Assembly: GCA_050246315.1 (NCBI GenBank)
Contig: JBFWWG010000014.1
Location: forward strand, 30,911 to 94,910
Direction of reading: 5' to 3'
Source: Nitrospiraceae bacterium
GTDB taxonomy: Bacteria; Nitrospirota; Nitrospiria; Nitrospirales; Nitrospiraceae
DNA length: 64,000 bases
Made by a program: the position numbers and the translations under genes. Numbering within the stretch: position 1 is the stretch's first letter; each line of letters opens with the position of its first letter. Shown here one piece after another: positions 30,391 through 39,637 of the stretch. Under the pieces are notes generated by a model. It was not told where the DNA came from. It made no database searches and saw nothing but the letters and a program-made list of their open reading frames with translations.

Positions 30391-30918
30391 TCAGACTCCA
30401 CCACCGGCCAACAGCTTCTCGACCTCCTGGAGAATCACATCGGCGCCGGCCAAATCCATATTTCCCACACGTTGCCAGCGAATCACTCCTTGCGGATCAA
30501 TGACGTAAACGTTGGGGATGAACTTGCCTCCCCCGTACAGCTTGTCCGTGACCTTCTTGGGATCGAGCAAATAGGGGTAGGTGACCTTGACAGGAAACTG
30601 GGTCAGGAACTCCGCCACATCATTCTTGGAGTTTCCCGAGGAGTTCACCCCGATCACGGCGACGTTCTTGCCATTGGTCGCCTCATGGACCTTCTGTAGA
30701 TTCGTGCCCTGCATCAAGCAGGGTTCGCAGATATGAAACAGACCCAGCACGACGACTTTTCCCTTGAGCGCATCCAAACTCACCGCCTCGCCAGTGATCG
30801 AGGTAAGTGAAAACGCCGGGGCCTTCTCGCCGACCTTGAACAATCCGGCGGCTAACAACGGATGCGCGGCAACGATCGAGAATAGAACCACGCTCAGTAT
30901 GAGGGCGATACGTCTCAT
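30391..30918 (-). CDS. Secreted redoxin (TlpA/AhpC-TSA family)
   Basis: Signal peptide, VGEKAPAFSL, CEPC motif, YVIDPQGVIR. Confidence 0.88.
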   Translation of the reverse strand: MRRIALILSVVLFSIVAAHPLLAAGLFKVGEKAPAFSLTSITGEAVSLDALKGKVVVLGLFHICEPCLMQGTNLQKVHEATNGKNVAVIGVNSSGNSKNDVAEFLTQFPVKVTYPYLLDPKKVTDKLYGGGKFIPNVYVIDPQGVIRWQRVGNMDLAGADVILQEVEKLLAGGGV

Positions 30919-31098
30919 GGCAGCCTCCGATCTGAAGAAGTGATGAGTTCTGCAGGCTGGAGCCTTCCAACTCAACACTCACACCTCCACGCTCGGCACT
31001 CCGATGAGGGCTATCCTACCATGCAGTTTTTTTCCGGAGCAATGGCGACAGGGCGGGGCGGAGCAGGCGCTGCCGCAAGAAAAGGGAATGATCGGTTA

Positions 31099-32373
31099 TC
31101 AGTCGGCTTGTATCCATCGTCCGATCGCACGACGGACGGCTGGTAGCGGCATGCACGTGCAGATCACGGCTCGCAGGAATCGAATTGCTCGGTTCAGCCG
31201 CCGCAAGTGCGGCTTCCAGCGAAACCACGAAGGTGGTCGGGCAACAACTGGATGATCAGCATGGCACAGCGCCAATCCATACCGCCACCGATCCCACCAA
31301 TCGTCCTTCAGTGTGAAATAGAGCGCCGCTCCATCGTGCTCATCAATACCGTGTTGTGTCTGGGCCAGCAGACTCTTCGGCATGCGTTCCGCCAACTCCG
31401 GGATTTCAAATTCCGAAGAGACTGCGCTCACAATTTCGGATGGCAGGGAGATGCTCATCACCCGATGAGCAAGACTCAACCCAAGCAGAAGCATCCTGCG
31501 ACAGTTCCACTTCTCTGCCGTGGCGAAGACGCGCGCCCAATCCAATCGTTTCGCGCGGACCAGTTCGGCAACGTCAACGATCCACTTGAGACGCTCCCAG
31601 GCATGCTTCGAACCATGCACGCACAAAATATTCAACAATTCCTCAGGGGCGAGGGTCTCAACCTGTTGACCATCGATCGGGACGCGAATACGCCGATCCC
31701 ATACATCCGCCCGGTCCAGACGAAATGAAAAGTGTTGGTGTGCCATGACCCATTGCAAATCGACGAGTATGCGGCTCTTTTCGCCCAAAAACAGATGATA
31801 CGGCTGATCAAAGTCTGACACCTGACATTCGTCTTGCGAGGGATTCAGTGGGCGGTACCCCTGCGACAGCAAGACATCTCTGGCATCCGACAACCGGGAC
31901 TGCGGCACGATAAAATCCAGATCATCGAAGTCCCTCAGATTCCTATCCTCGTAGGCCATGATTCCCAAGGTCACGCCTTTGAAAGACACGACCGGCACCC
32001 CACTCTCGTTAAAGGCTCGGCAGAGTCGCACCAGCTCTTGCGCCAACACGCGATTCAACAGCGTGCCCACCAAAGTGGACCGGCGCAGCGCACCGAGCGA
32101 CGCCTGGGGTACCAGGTCGTCGCAGACCGTACCGATCGTCCGAGACACCAGCGGTCCTACCCCGTGGTAGCGGGCGAGATCCAGCACGAACGGCCAGTCC
32201 ATCGGCTGTTGCGCCGCTTCTCGGATACGACGCCCCACCGCCTCACTCACGGTCGTACGTGCGCACAAGATGACGAACCGGGCTTCCGGAAACCATGTCG
32301 GCGGCAGACGGGTTCCCTTGTCGAATATCGGGACCTCGCTAGGCATGACCGACATGGCTTGTGCGCGCATCAT
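31099..32373 (-). CDS. Nucleotidyltransferase (NTP_transf_5-like, lasso-cluster type)
   Basis: FKG..L....Y....LRDFDDLDFIV, VDLQW, LCVHGSKHAWERLKWIVDV motifs. Confidence 0.85.
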   Translation of the reverse strand: MMRAQAMSVMPSEVPIFDKGTRLPPTWFPEARFVILCARTTVSEAVGRRIREAAQQPMDWPFVLDLARYHGVGPLVSRTIGTVCDDLVPQASLGALRRSTLVGTLLNRVLAQELVRLCRAFNESGVPVVSFKGVTLGIMAYEDRNLRDFDDLDFIVPQSRLSDARDVLLSQGYRPLNPSQDECQVSDFDQPYHLFLGEKSRILVDLQWVMAHQHFSFRLDRADVWDRRIRVPIDGQQVETLAPEELLNILCVHGSKHAWERLKWIVDVAELVRAKRLDWARVFATAEKWNCRRMLLLGLSLAHRVMSISLPSEIVSAVSSEFEIPELAERMPKSLLAQTQHGIDEHDGAALYFTLKDDWWDRWRYGLALCHADHPVVARPPSWFRWKPHLRRLNRAIRFLRAVICTCMPLPAVRRAIGRWIQAD

Positions 32374-33407
32374 CCTTTCCTTTCGAGCGGCATCGTGACG
32401 GCTCCGAAGGCTTCCACGAAAGGACGGAAATACAGGTGGCTCACCTTCCTGAACTCACGAGCCACAGGTTCCTGCAGCCCGACTCGAAGAGGTTCCCGGA
32501 CTTGGGGTACGTACAGGGTCCCGAACAACACATCCCACACGGCCAGTTTGACGCCAAAATTCCTGTTCACGTGTTGAGGATCGACACTGTGGTGGATCTG
32601 ATGCATGACGGGACTGATAAACAAGCGGCTGACGACGGGGCCAAACGACACCCAGAGGTGTGAGTGATGCCAATGATGACCCAAGAATCCCAGTGCAAAG
32701 GTGATCACGCTGATGCCGAAGACCATGGTCAATTCCATGTCGTGGGGGACGAGGTTTTGGGAGAAGACGGAGGCCATCCCGAGGAACGGAGCCTGCAAGA
32801 CGGCCGGCAGCAGGAGTTCCACCGGATGCGCCCGATAGGCGGTGATGGGAGTCAACACTTCGGCCGAGTGATGCACTCGGTGGAACGCCCATAGCACGGG
32901 AATCTTGTGAAACAAGACATGTGTCAGATAGTTCACGAGATCGTAGACGACAAAGAACCCCGCCGCGACGGCAAACAGCGCAGTGGGCGGCAGGGTTCGG
33001 GGAGGTTCCCATGCGAAGTACCCGATCATCACAGCCGTCATCGCTTTGTAGCCGACCATGCCGACCCCGCCCATGACAGGGATGAGGAGCAAATACTTCA
33101 GGAACACGTTCACCACATAGAACTTGTAATCGAGGACAGCCGATGGGTGACCATACACGTGGCGCGGAAAGAGAAAACCCCCGAACGACTGAGACGGCGC
33201 GATGTTCTTCATTCTCGCCAGGATAAACGTCATACCTCCGATCAACAGACTCGCGAGCAGATACGGCCACGCCATCCCGCTTTCCAGATCCGTAAACGTC
33301 CCGGCGACCTTTCCGATTGCGGCGGTCACGCTATCCCAAGATCGGAACGAGGACAGCGAGTACTCCGATGTCTTCTGTACGACCCAAAGGGCCCATTCGA
33401 TGAGCAT
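32370..33407 (-). CDS. Sterol desaturase/fatty acid hydroxylase family membrane di-iron enzyme
   Basis: His boxes HVLFH, HRVHHS, HHSH and HQIHHS; NFG...WD.LFGT. Confidence 0.9.
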   Translation of the reverse strand: MLIEWALWVVQKTSEYSLSSFRSWDSVTAAIGKVAGTFTDLESGMAWPYLLASLLIGGMTFILARMKNIAPSQSFGGFLFPRHVYGHPSAVLDYKFYVVNVFLKYLLLIPVMGGVGMVGYKAMTAVMIGYFAWEPPRTLPPTALFAVAAGFFVVYDLVNYLTHVLFHKIPVLWAFHRVHHSAEVLTPITAYRAHPVELLLPAVLQAPFLGMASVFSQNLVPHDMELTMVFGISVITFALGFLGHHWHHSHLWVSFGPVVSRLFISPVMHQIHHSVDPQHVNRNFGVKLAVWDVLFGTLYVPQVREPLRVGLQEPVAREFRKVSHLYFRPFVEAFGAVTMPLERKG

Positions 33408-33413
33408 GGTTCA

Positions 33414-34448
33414 CTACGCGCTCCTACGCATTTCCAACAGCGGCGTGATCAATTTCGGCAGGTCGAGAATATCCCTCCCGAAATGGAGACGATAGCAATC
33501 CACTTGTCGTACCAGCTTGGACAGCGCCTGGAACTCTTGTCGTGCGACGGTCTGATCGTACACCAGCAGGCCCTGCGGCATGATGGCTTCCAGGGCGCGA
33601 CTCTTGCTCACAAGCTCAAGGGAGCTGTGCGGAATATCCATCACCTGCGGAAAGACGATCATGGCGGGGATGCAGGCATTTCCCAGGGATCCCGGATAGA
33701 GGTCCTCAGGTTGGAAAAACTTCTTGCAGATCCCCTGTTGCAGGAGACCTGGTGCGGCGTTCCGCAATTCAGGGAAAAAGTCAACGCTGCGATCGGTCAC
33801 ATCGATCTTCATGGGGAATGCGAGCAATTCCATGTGCGTTCCGCGATCGCGAAGAAGCGGATAGTCGTCGGACAGATAGCGGAATCCGGCGCGCAGCAGC
33901 GAGAGAAACGCCGTCGTTTTTCCCTGACCGCTGTAGCCGGGAATCAAGACGCCGCGTCCACAGTATTCCAGAGCGGTCGCATGGACGGTGAAGAGATCTC
34001 TCCGCTTGAGCAGTTCCGTCAAGGCGAAGTGAAAAAAACTCGTACAGACGTCCGGATGCATGGCATCGGGATTGATGAGGTAGCCCTCTGCCACTCCTTG
34101 TGTTCCGTCGATGACCAGCACCCCCTGTTCGTGGAAATTGGCGATGAGACGCGGCCCATCCTGTTTTACCTCGCAGCGCCAGATCGACCGCAACGAATCG
34201 CCCATGGCCGGCCTTGTTCCCGAAAACAGCGTTTTCGCGGAATCAGGGATCTTCACGGGCACAGCCGCACGACCGGCCACCTCCTCAAAGCGAATCGTCA
34301 GAGTCGGCTTTCCGGTTAGGGCATCCGCACGAAAATGACGGAGAAACCCGAGCACCGGCGCCACCATTGTGGCAATTGATGTTTGGTAGCGAAGTCCCAC
34401 GCCGTGTACGGAAAAGAGATACCCTCGCATCGCTCTCTCTTGGCTCAT
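33414..34448 (-). CDS. HPr-kinase-like P-loop kinase (lasso-cluster type)
   Basis: VHATALEYCGRGVLIPGYSGQGKTT...GFRYLSDD. Confidence 0.8.
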   Translation of the reverse strand: MSQERAMRGYLFSVHGVGLRYQTSIATMVAPVLGFLRHFRADALTGKPTLTIRFEEVAGRAAVPVKIPDSAKTLFSGTRPAMGDSLRSIWRCEVKQDGPRLIANFHEQGVLVIDGTQGVAEGYLINPDAMHPDVCTSFFHFALTELLKRRDLFTVHATALEYCGRGVLIPGYSGQGKTTAFLSLLRAGFRYLSDDYPLLRDRGTHMELLAFPMKIDVTDRSVDFFPELRNAAPGLLQQGICKKFFQPEDLYPGSLGNACIPAMIVFPQVMDIPHSSLELVSKSRALEAIMPQGLLVYDQTVARQEFQALSKLVRQVDCYRLHFGRDILDLPKLITPLLEMRRSA

Positions 34449-34491
34449 TTCCAGCCTCATGTCGTCAAGACACGGTCACCATCCCAGCGAC

Positions 34492-34523
34492 CGGCTGACC
34501 GGTCCAAAGGAACCGGCCAGCCG
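34492..34523 (-). terminator. Stem-loop just downstream of the precursor peptide gene
   Basis: 12-bp stem cggctggccggt/accggtcagccg with one G-U pair on the minus strand; no long U tract, so more likely a stabiliser or attenuator. Confidence 0.55.
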
Positions 34524-34554
34524 TGCGACTAAGCACGCTCAACCCAGGTCCGGC

Positions 34555-34689
34555 TCAACTCTCGCTGCCGGCCTTGTCGTTGACCTTGTCGCTCGTCTTT
34601 TCTCGATACTTCTGCCCGGTAATGTCGCGCAGCAATTCGTGCGTCATCAGCACGGGCTCCGCATAGGATTCTTTCTGCTGTGACTCCAT
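34555..34689 (-). CDS. RiPP precursor peptide, 44 aa: MESQQKESYAEPVLMTHELLRDITG-QKYREKTSDKVNDKAGSES
   Basis: Manual translation (below the ORF-track cutoff). Strong AAGGAGGTG RBS, YxxPxL leader motif, Thr at -2, directly after the RRE gene. Confidence 0.88.
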   Translation of the reverse strand: MESQQKESYAEPVLMTHELLRDITGQKYREKTSDKVNDKAGSES

Positions 34690-34695
34690 CCTGCC

Positions 34696-35154
34696 TCACC
34701 TCCTTTCCAACGTTAAGAGTCCCTCATGGCCCAGTTGGATCACGAGGGCGAACAGGTCGTCGGCGATTCGTTCCGCCGACGCCTCGAATCGGTTGCAAAG
34801 CGCGACATGAATCTGGTGTAACGATTGCAAACCGGTACACTGGTCCCAAATCGCGCTTCCAACTCGATTGAGTGTGTAATAGCGACCCGTACTGAGATTG
34901 AGCAGCACGGTCTCACCGTCCAAACTCGTCCCCTGCACGTCGGGATTTGGCTGGGGGATGGTTTGCATCAATTGCTGGCGCTGGCCATGGCTCCCTCGTT
35001 CGACCTGCCGCCGTTCCTCCTCGCTCAATACCGCCATGGCCGCCTCGGCTAACTGTTCCGTCGTGGCACGACCGTTGATCGCAGGTTGATCGTGGTCTGA
35101 TTGCACCGTGAGATCCGGCCTCAACTCGGCTGTAATAAACGGCTGTCGACTCAT
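34696..35154 (-). CDS. PqqD-family RiPP recognition element (B1-like) with N-terminal extension
   Basis: LDGETVLLNLSTGRYYTLNRVGSAIW...F.....I..DL..LV.QL..EGLL; AAGGAGG RBS. Confidence 0.92.
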   Translation of the reverse strand: MSRQPFITAELRPDLTVQSDHDQPAINGRATTEQLAEAAMAVLSEEERRQVERGSHGQRQQLMQTIPQPNPDVQGTSLDGETVLLNLSTGRYYTLNRVGSAIWDQCTGLQSLHQIHVALCNRFEASAERIADDLFALVIQLGHEGLLTLERR

Positions 35155-35195
35155 GATCGCAATCCCTCCTTTTGCACCTCGTGCGCATCCCATCG

Positions 35196-36095
35196 TCACG
35201 CTCTCCCCGCACAGAGTAGGTCGGCCAGGGCATCGCCGATTCGCTGGCCCGTGTGGTTTTCGAAAAACGTAAACCCAGGGCTTGTATTGACCTCGAAACA
35301 GTAATAGGCCCCGTCCGGTGTCCGGCGCAGGTCGATCCCGCTGAGACTCAATCCGAGACTCTTCGCCAAATGGAGACAACGAGTCTGCAGGTCCTGATCC
35401 AAATCGACCGCCCGCATGCTCCGCTGTTTGTTGTCACGCTCGACATAGCGATAGTCCGTGCCGTCCGACCGGACTTCGGTTGCAAAAAGTCGATCGCCCA
35501 CCGTATGGACGCGCAGATCGACTCCTGGAATCATTTCTTGGAGCTGCACGGGGCAGTAGCGGATCTGCTCTAATCGGTGGAAATCATCCGGTGTCAGCGG
35601 TTTGACGATGGACCGTTCCGCACTGATCGACTTGTACACCACGCGCCCATCGCACGACTCGTAAAAGGCACGGGCTTCCTCCGGCACCATCGTCACCAGG
35701 GTGTTGGGGACCCGAAACCCGTGCTGTGCGATCAGCCGCTGCTGGTGCGGCTTCGACATATTCGTGTGCGACGCCTGCCGGCGATTGACGACCAGCATGG
35801 GCAGGCTCTCAACGAGTTCCCAGAGAGACGCTGACGCCATACGTTCTCTCGTCGTCGAGACGGCACGACTCGCCATCGCCCGCAGGTAGACGGAAGCGAG
35901 ATCGGCCACGTGAATCACTCGGCTTTCAATCCGAAGACGATCTTGGACGATGCCCGTTTCCGTGGACCATGCGACGTCCCAATCCATCCAATCCGACTCG
36001 GGATGGACGAGCATGAGTTCCGCGTTCCGGGCCGCGAGCCTAGCGCAGACGTTCGCGAGCACCGGATCGGCCATCGGCCCCACTAAGAGAATCAT
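35196..36095 (-). CDS. ATP-grasp ligase (RimK/MvdD-like)
   Basis: NMSKPHQ, GFRVPNTLVT, VVYKSIS, LQEMIPGVDLRVH, DYRY, GIDL and YCFEVNTSPGF motifs. Confidence 0.9.
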   Translation of the reverse strand: MILLVGPMADPVLANVCARLAARNAELMLVHPESDWMDWDVAWSTETGIVQDRLRIESRVIHVADLASVYLRAMASRAVSTTRERMASASLWELVESLPMLVVNRRQASHTNMSKPHQQRLIAQHGFRVPNTLVTMVPEEARAFYESCDGRVVYKSISAERSIVKPLTPDDFHRLEQIRYCPVQLQEMIPGVDLRVHTVGDRLFATEVRSDGTDYRYVERDNKQRSMRAVDLDQDLQTRCLHLAKSLGLSLSGIDLRRTPDGAYYCFEVNTSPGFTFFENHTGQRIGDALADLLCAGRA

Positions 36096-37059
36096 GAAAC
36101 GTAAGACTCCTCATCTCGGACAGGTAGCCAACCAGCCGACGAACGATTTCCTGCTGCAACTCCTGCGGACAATGCCAATAGCTGGGCCTTGGACTGACAT
36201 CGAGACAATAGACGGCGCCTTCAGCCGTCAGAACGCATTGGCACTCCGCAAAGGACAGTCCAAGCCGGCGAACCAGATCGAGGCATGGCCGGTTGAGGAG
36301 GGACGGAACCTCGGTCTCCGTTCCTTGCCGTTCATTGCATCGCACCACGGACGCCGCCACATCGTGCCCCGCGACATACACCGTCATTCGCCGTCCGTCC
36401 GGAACCGCTTGCATCGAGATGGCACTCGTCTCCATGACTCGACGGATCTGTTCGATGCCGCCCTGAGCGGAGAGATACAACCCTGGCTCCTCCGACCCTA
36501 GCCGTTTCACATAGACCCGCTCTCGCCAAGTCGAAAACTGCAAAGTGGCATCAGCCGGATTGGACGTGCACCGAGAGGACGGAAGGCGAATGCCCTGTTC
36601 TTCGGCGAGTCGGCTCAGGAACGGACTTCCTGACAAGACCACAGGACGGCCGCCGAGAACGGGACGATTGACCACCGCGCAGGGCAAGGCATTCAGAATG
36701 GCCAACCATGCGGCCGTGGATTCTTTGACGACGTAATCCCGATCTTCTGGAGAAAGCTCACCGAGTTGGAGGGGGAGCGGCAGCGTCAGGCGAGAAAAGA
36801 CTCCGGTGAGATCACTGAGCGGAATGATTGTATCGTCGATCGCCAGCGAGCCGCGCACGATTACCGATTCGGCCTCAACCGGCCAGTTCAGCACCACTCG
36901 ATCCAACAGGTGCGCAGGCTCGACCCAACGGACCTCCGCGCCGCTTCGCCGCGCTTCTCGATAGATCAGGATCGCCCAGGGATCGGTGGAATCGGCAAGA
37001 ATCAGAATCACGGGGTGTGACCCTTCTCCGACACACTTCACGAGCAGGTCTTTCGACAC
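36040..37059 (-). CDS. Divergent ATP-grasp-fold protein
   Basis: Colinear with the neighbouring ligase (LPCAVVNR, GIRLP, VYVK, LGLSFA) but with YCLDVSPRP in place of YCFEVNTSP. Confidence 0.7.
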   Translation of the reverse strand: MSKDLLVKCVGEGSHPVILILADSTDPWAILIYREARRSGAEVRWVEPAHLLDRVVLNWPVEAESVIVRGSLAIDDTIIPLSDLTGVFSRLTLPLPLQLGELSPEDRDYVVKESTAAWLAILNALPCAVVNRPVLGGRPVVLSGSPFLSRLAEEQGIRLPSSRCTSNPADATLQFSTWRERVYVKRLGSEEPGLYLSAQGGIEQIRRVMETSAISMQAVPDGRRMTVYVAGHDVAASVVRCNERQGTETEVPSLLNRPCLDLVRRLGLSFAECQCVLTAEGAVYCLDVSPRPSYWHCPQELQQEIVRRLVGYLSEMRSLTFHDSLSGADGRSGARERLR

Positions 37060-37434
37060 TGCCCCCCAAGAGACTGCACCATGATTGATGTGCTGGAGAG
37101 TAATTGGGCCGTGAGCCCCTGCCTAGTTCACTAGAAGGAGGACCAGCCCCTACTTTATGCGGTTCTTCAGGCTTTTGTGTGGGGAGCGGGGATAGCCCTT
37201 ATCGCCTCGGCTGACGAAGGCCGGGCGCCTCCGGGCCTTGCCCGGATGCGATGGTGTCGCCGCCCTCTTCTCATGTCGTCCTGGTGGTCGCCGCGCCGCT
37301 GAGGCCGCGCCGGAGCGCGAAGCCGGCGCGGCGACCCCCGAGCCCGGCACCTGACTGGCTTGCGCCCGCCCGGGCCGCGGCCCTCCGCGCGCCGCCCTCC
37401 CAGCCTCGCCGCACGCCTGTCCCGGGGAGCAGAG

Positions 37435-37617
37435 CGAGGGAGGCCCGGTCGCATTGCCGGAGGATCGGGGCCCCACCGAGGGCACGGCAGGAAGGAAAGC
37501 TGGACCTGGCCGATGCCCCACGGTCGCCAGACCGTGGCGGAGCGAATTCCAGAAGGGTTCCGCCTGCGGAGCCCCGGAAGGGTCGATCCGGGAGGTGCGA
37601 GAGCGGGCATCCCCTCG
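37435..37617 (-). ncRNA. Rod-like structured element, copy A (unknown family)
   Basis: Long imperfect inverted repeat; core 37456-37595 is homologous to 45425-45545 with compensatory changes. Confidence 0.55.
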
Positions 37618-37768
37618 TCCGCGCCGAGGGTGTGAGTTTTACAAGCAACCCACCCGATTTCCGGAAGAGCCCTTTATGCTATAGGTGCGATGAGGCCGCA
37701 CACGAAAGCGGACCGCTGGTTGGGCACTGACAGGCAGACGAGTTGAAAGCTTCCGATCGGAGGCGAGG

Positions 37769-39637
37769 TTAAACGGCCTGCTGATAGTGCTGAGCCTGGG
37801 TCAGGAAGAGCGTGGCGTACAATCCGCGCTGACGTAGGAGGTCGTCGTGAGTGCCTTGCTCGACGATCTGCCCCTGCTCCACGACATAGATCCGGTCGGC
37901 CATCTTGACCGTCGAGAGTCGATGACTGATCAGAATCGCCATTCGGCCCTTGGCCAATTCGTGAAACCGCTCGAACAGCTCTGCCTCCGCCTTGGCATCC
38001 ATGGCGCTGGTTGGCTCATCAAGAATCAGGATCTGCGAGTCCCGCAGCACGGCTCTGGCGAGGGCCACTTTCTGCCATTCGCCGATGCTCAATTCATGGC
38101 CGCCATCGAACAATTTGCCAAGCACCGAGTCATACTGCTGGGGCAGTCGTTCGATGGTCGCGTGAACCCCCGCTTGTTTGGCCGCTTGCGTCACGGCGGC
38201 AAGGTCTCCGCCGGCCGACGGCACGCCGAGAGCGATATTGTCTTTCGCCGACATCTGAAACTTGACGAAGTCTTGAAAGATCCCGCTGGCGGCGCCGCGC
38301 ACATCGCTGATCCGATAGTCGCGCAGATCCACCCCGTCGATCGTAATACGTCCGCCCGTGGGATCGTAGAGACGGCACAGCAACTTGACCAACGTGGTTT
38401 TGCCTGCGCCATTGGCTCCAACGAAGGCGACGTGCTCTCCAGGCTTGATCGCAAAGGTGAAATCGTGGATCGCGACGCGGGCCTCGTCGGGATAGCGAAA
38501 GGTGACGCGCTCGAAGGCGATGCCTTGAGTCATCGGCTTCGGGAACGGCTTCGGGTGCGCGGAAACCGGCAGACGAGACCGGATGCACAAGAATTCATCG
38601 AGCGTCGTGAGGAAAAGACTGCTCTCATAGAGACTCGAGACGCTCCAACCCAATCCCTCCAGGAATGCGGCCGCCCGTTGGATAGCTTGGAAATACATCA
38701 CGAGGTCTCCCACGGTCAGTACCCCGTGCACCGTACGCGCCGTCACCAAGCTATAGACTCCGAACACTCCAGCCACTCCCACAATCTGCGCCGCAAGACC
38801 GGCAAGTGCCCACCGCCGCTCCAGGGAGATGCGTTCCTTTCGCAGTAGCGCCCGCGTGTCCTGGAATGCCCGCCGCAGCCCAGCGCCCAGATCAAACAGC
38901 CGCACTTCCTTCGCCGCCGTGCCCTGTGTCAGGAGCCAATTGAGATACCAGGCTTTCCGTTCAAGCGGCGTTCGTTCACGCTCCCAGGCGAACAGACTAT
39001 TGGATTGTTGCAAACGAACCAAGAAGTACGGGGCGGCGGTCAGCACCAGGATCGGGATGACCGACCAATGCAGCCACCAGAGAATCGCGGCCATCGCCAA
39101 CAAGGAGATTCCGTCTTGCCCGAGCTGTAGGAGCGAGTTGAGGATCGCCGTCGGTCGGTGCGGCGCTTCCTGTTGCGCACGATGCAGCGTGTCTTGATAC
39201 CGGGCGTTCTCGTAGTACTCCAGGTCCACCTCAACAGACTTCGCCTGGAGGATCGCGTGCATGTGGTCCGTGACCACTTGTGCCTGAATGCGGGAAATCA
39301 GCGAGGCCACGACGGTGAGCAGCGCGCTCGCGACAGCGACGCCGGCCAGCATGCTGAGAATCATGGTAATCGAGGTCGGCATCGATCGGCTCGACGGTTC
39401 CGTGATTCCCTGCGTAACGGCATCAATCAGCAGCTTTGTCAAATAGAGCACCGCGAGAGGCAGGAGGCCCTGGACCACACGTACGGCGATACTACCCAGA
39501 GCCCATGTGGGACTGCTCTGCCAGACAAAAGAGAGCGCAAGGCGAAGGGTTGCGAGGAAGGGTCTCAGACGTTCCCAGGACTTGTACAACACAGACTTGG
39601 ACGCGGGCGGTTGCGACGATGGGCTCACGCTAGCCAT
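37769..39637 (-). CDS. ABC exporter (fused TMD and NBD)
   Basis: GANGAGKTT, LSIGEWQKVALAR, LILDEPT and ISHRLST motifs; no C39 peptidase domain. Confidence 0.93.
   Translation of the reverse strand: MASVSPSSQPPASKSVLYKSWERLRPFLATLRLALSFVWQSSPTWALGSIAVRVVQGLLPLAVLYLTKLLIDAVTQGITEPSSRSMPTSITMILSMLAGVAVASALLTVVASLISRIQAQVVTDHMHAILQAKSVEVDLEYYENARYQDTLHRAQQEAPHRPTAILNSLLQLGQDGISLLAMAAILWWLHWSVIPILVLTAAPYFLVRLQQSNSLFAWERERTPLERKAWYLNWLLTQGTAAKEVRLFDLGAGLRRAFQDTRALLRKERISLERRWALAGLAAQIVGVAGVFGVYSLVTARTVHGVLTVGDLVMYFQAIQRAAAFLEGLGWSVSSLYESSLFLTTLDEFLCIRSRLPVSAHPKPFPKPMTQGIAFERVTFRYPDEARVAIHDFTFAIKPGEHVAFVGANGAGKTTLVKLLCRLYDPTGGRITIDGVDLRDYRISDVRGAASGIFQDFVKFQMSAKDNIALGVPSAGGDLAAVTQAAKQAGVHATIERLPQQYDSVLGKLFDGGHELSIGEWQKVALARAVLRDSQILILDEPTSAMDAKAEAELFERFHELAKGRMAILISHRLSTVKMADRIYVVEQGQIVEQGTHDDLLRQRGLYATLFLTQAQHYQQAV

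Noticed and set aside
37150..37730. Several overlapping ORFs as a second precursor or extra enzyme
   Set aside because: Arg/Pro/Gly-rich products of high GC with no YxxP leader and no convincing RBS.
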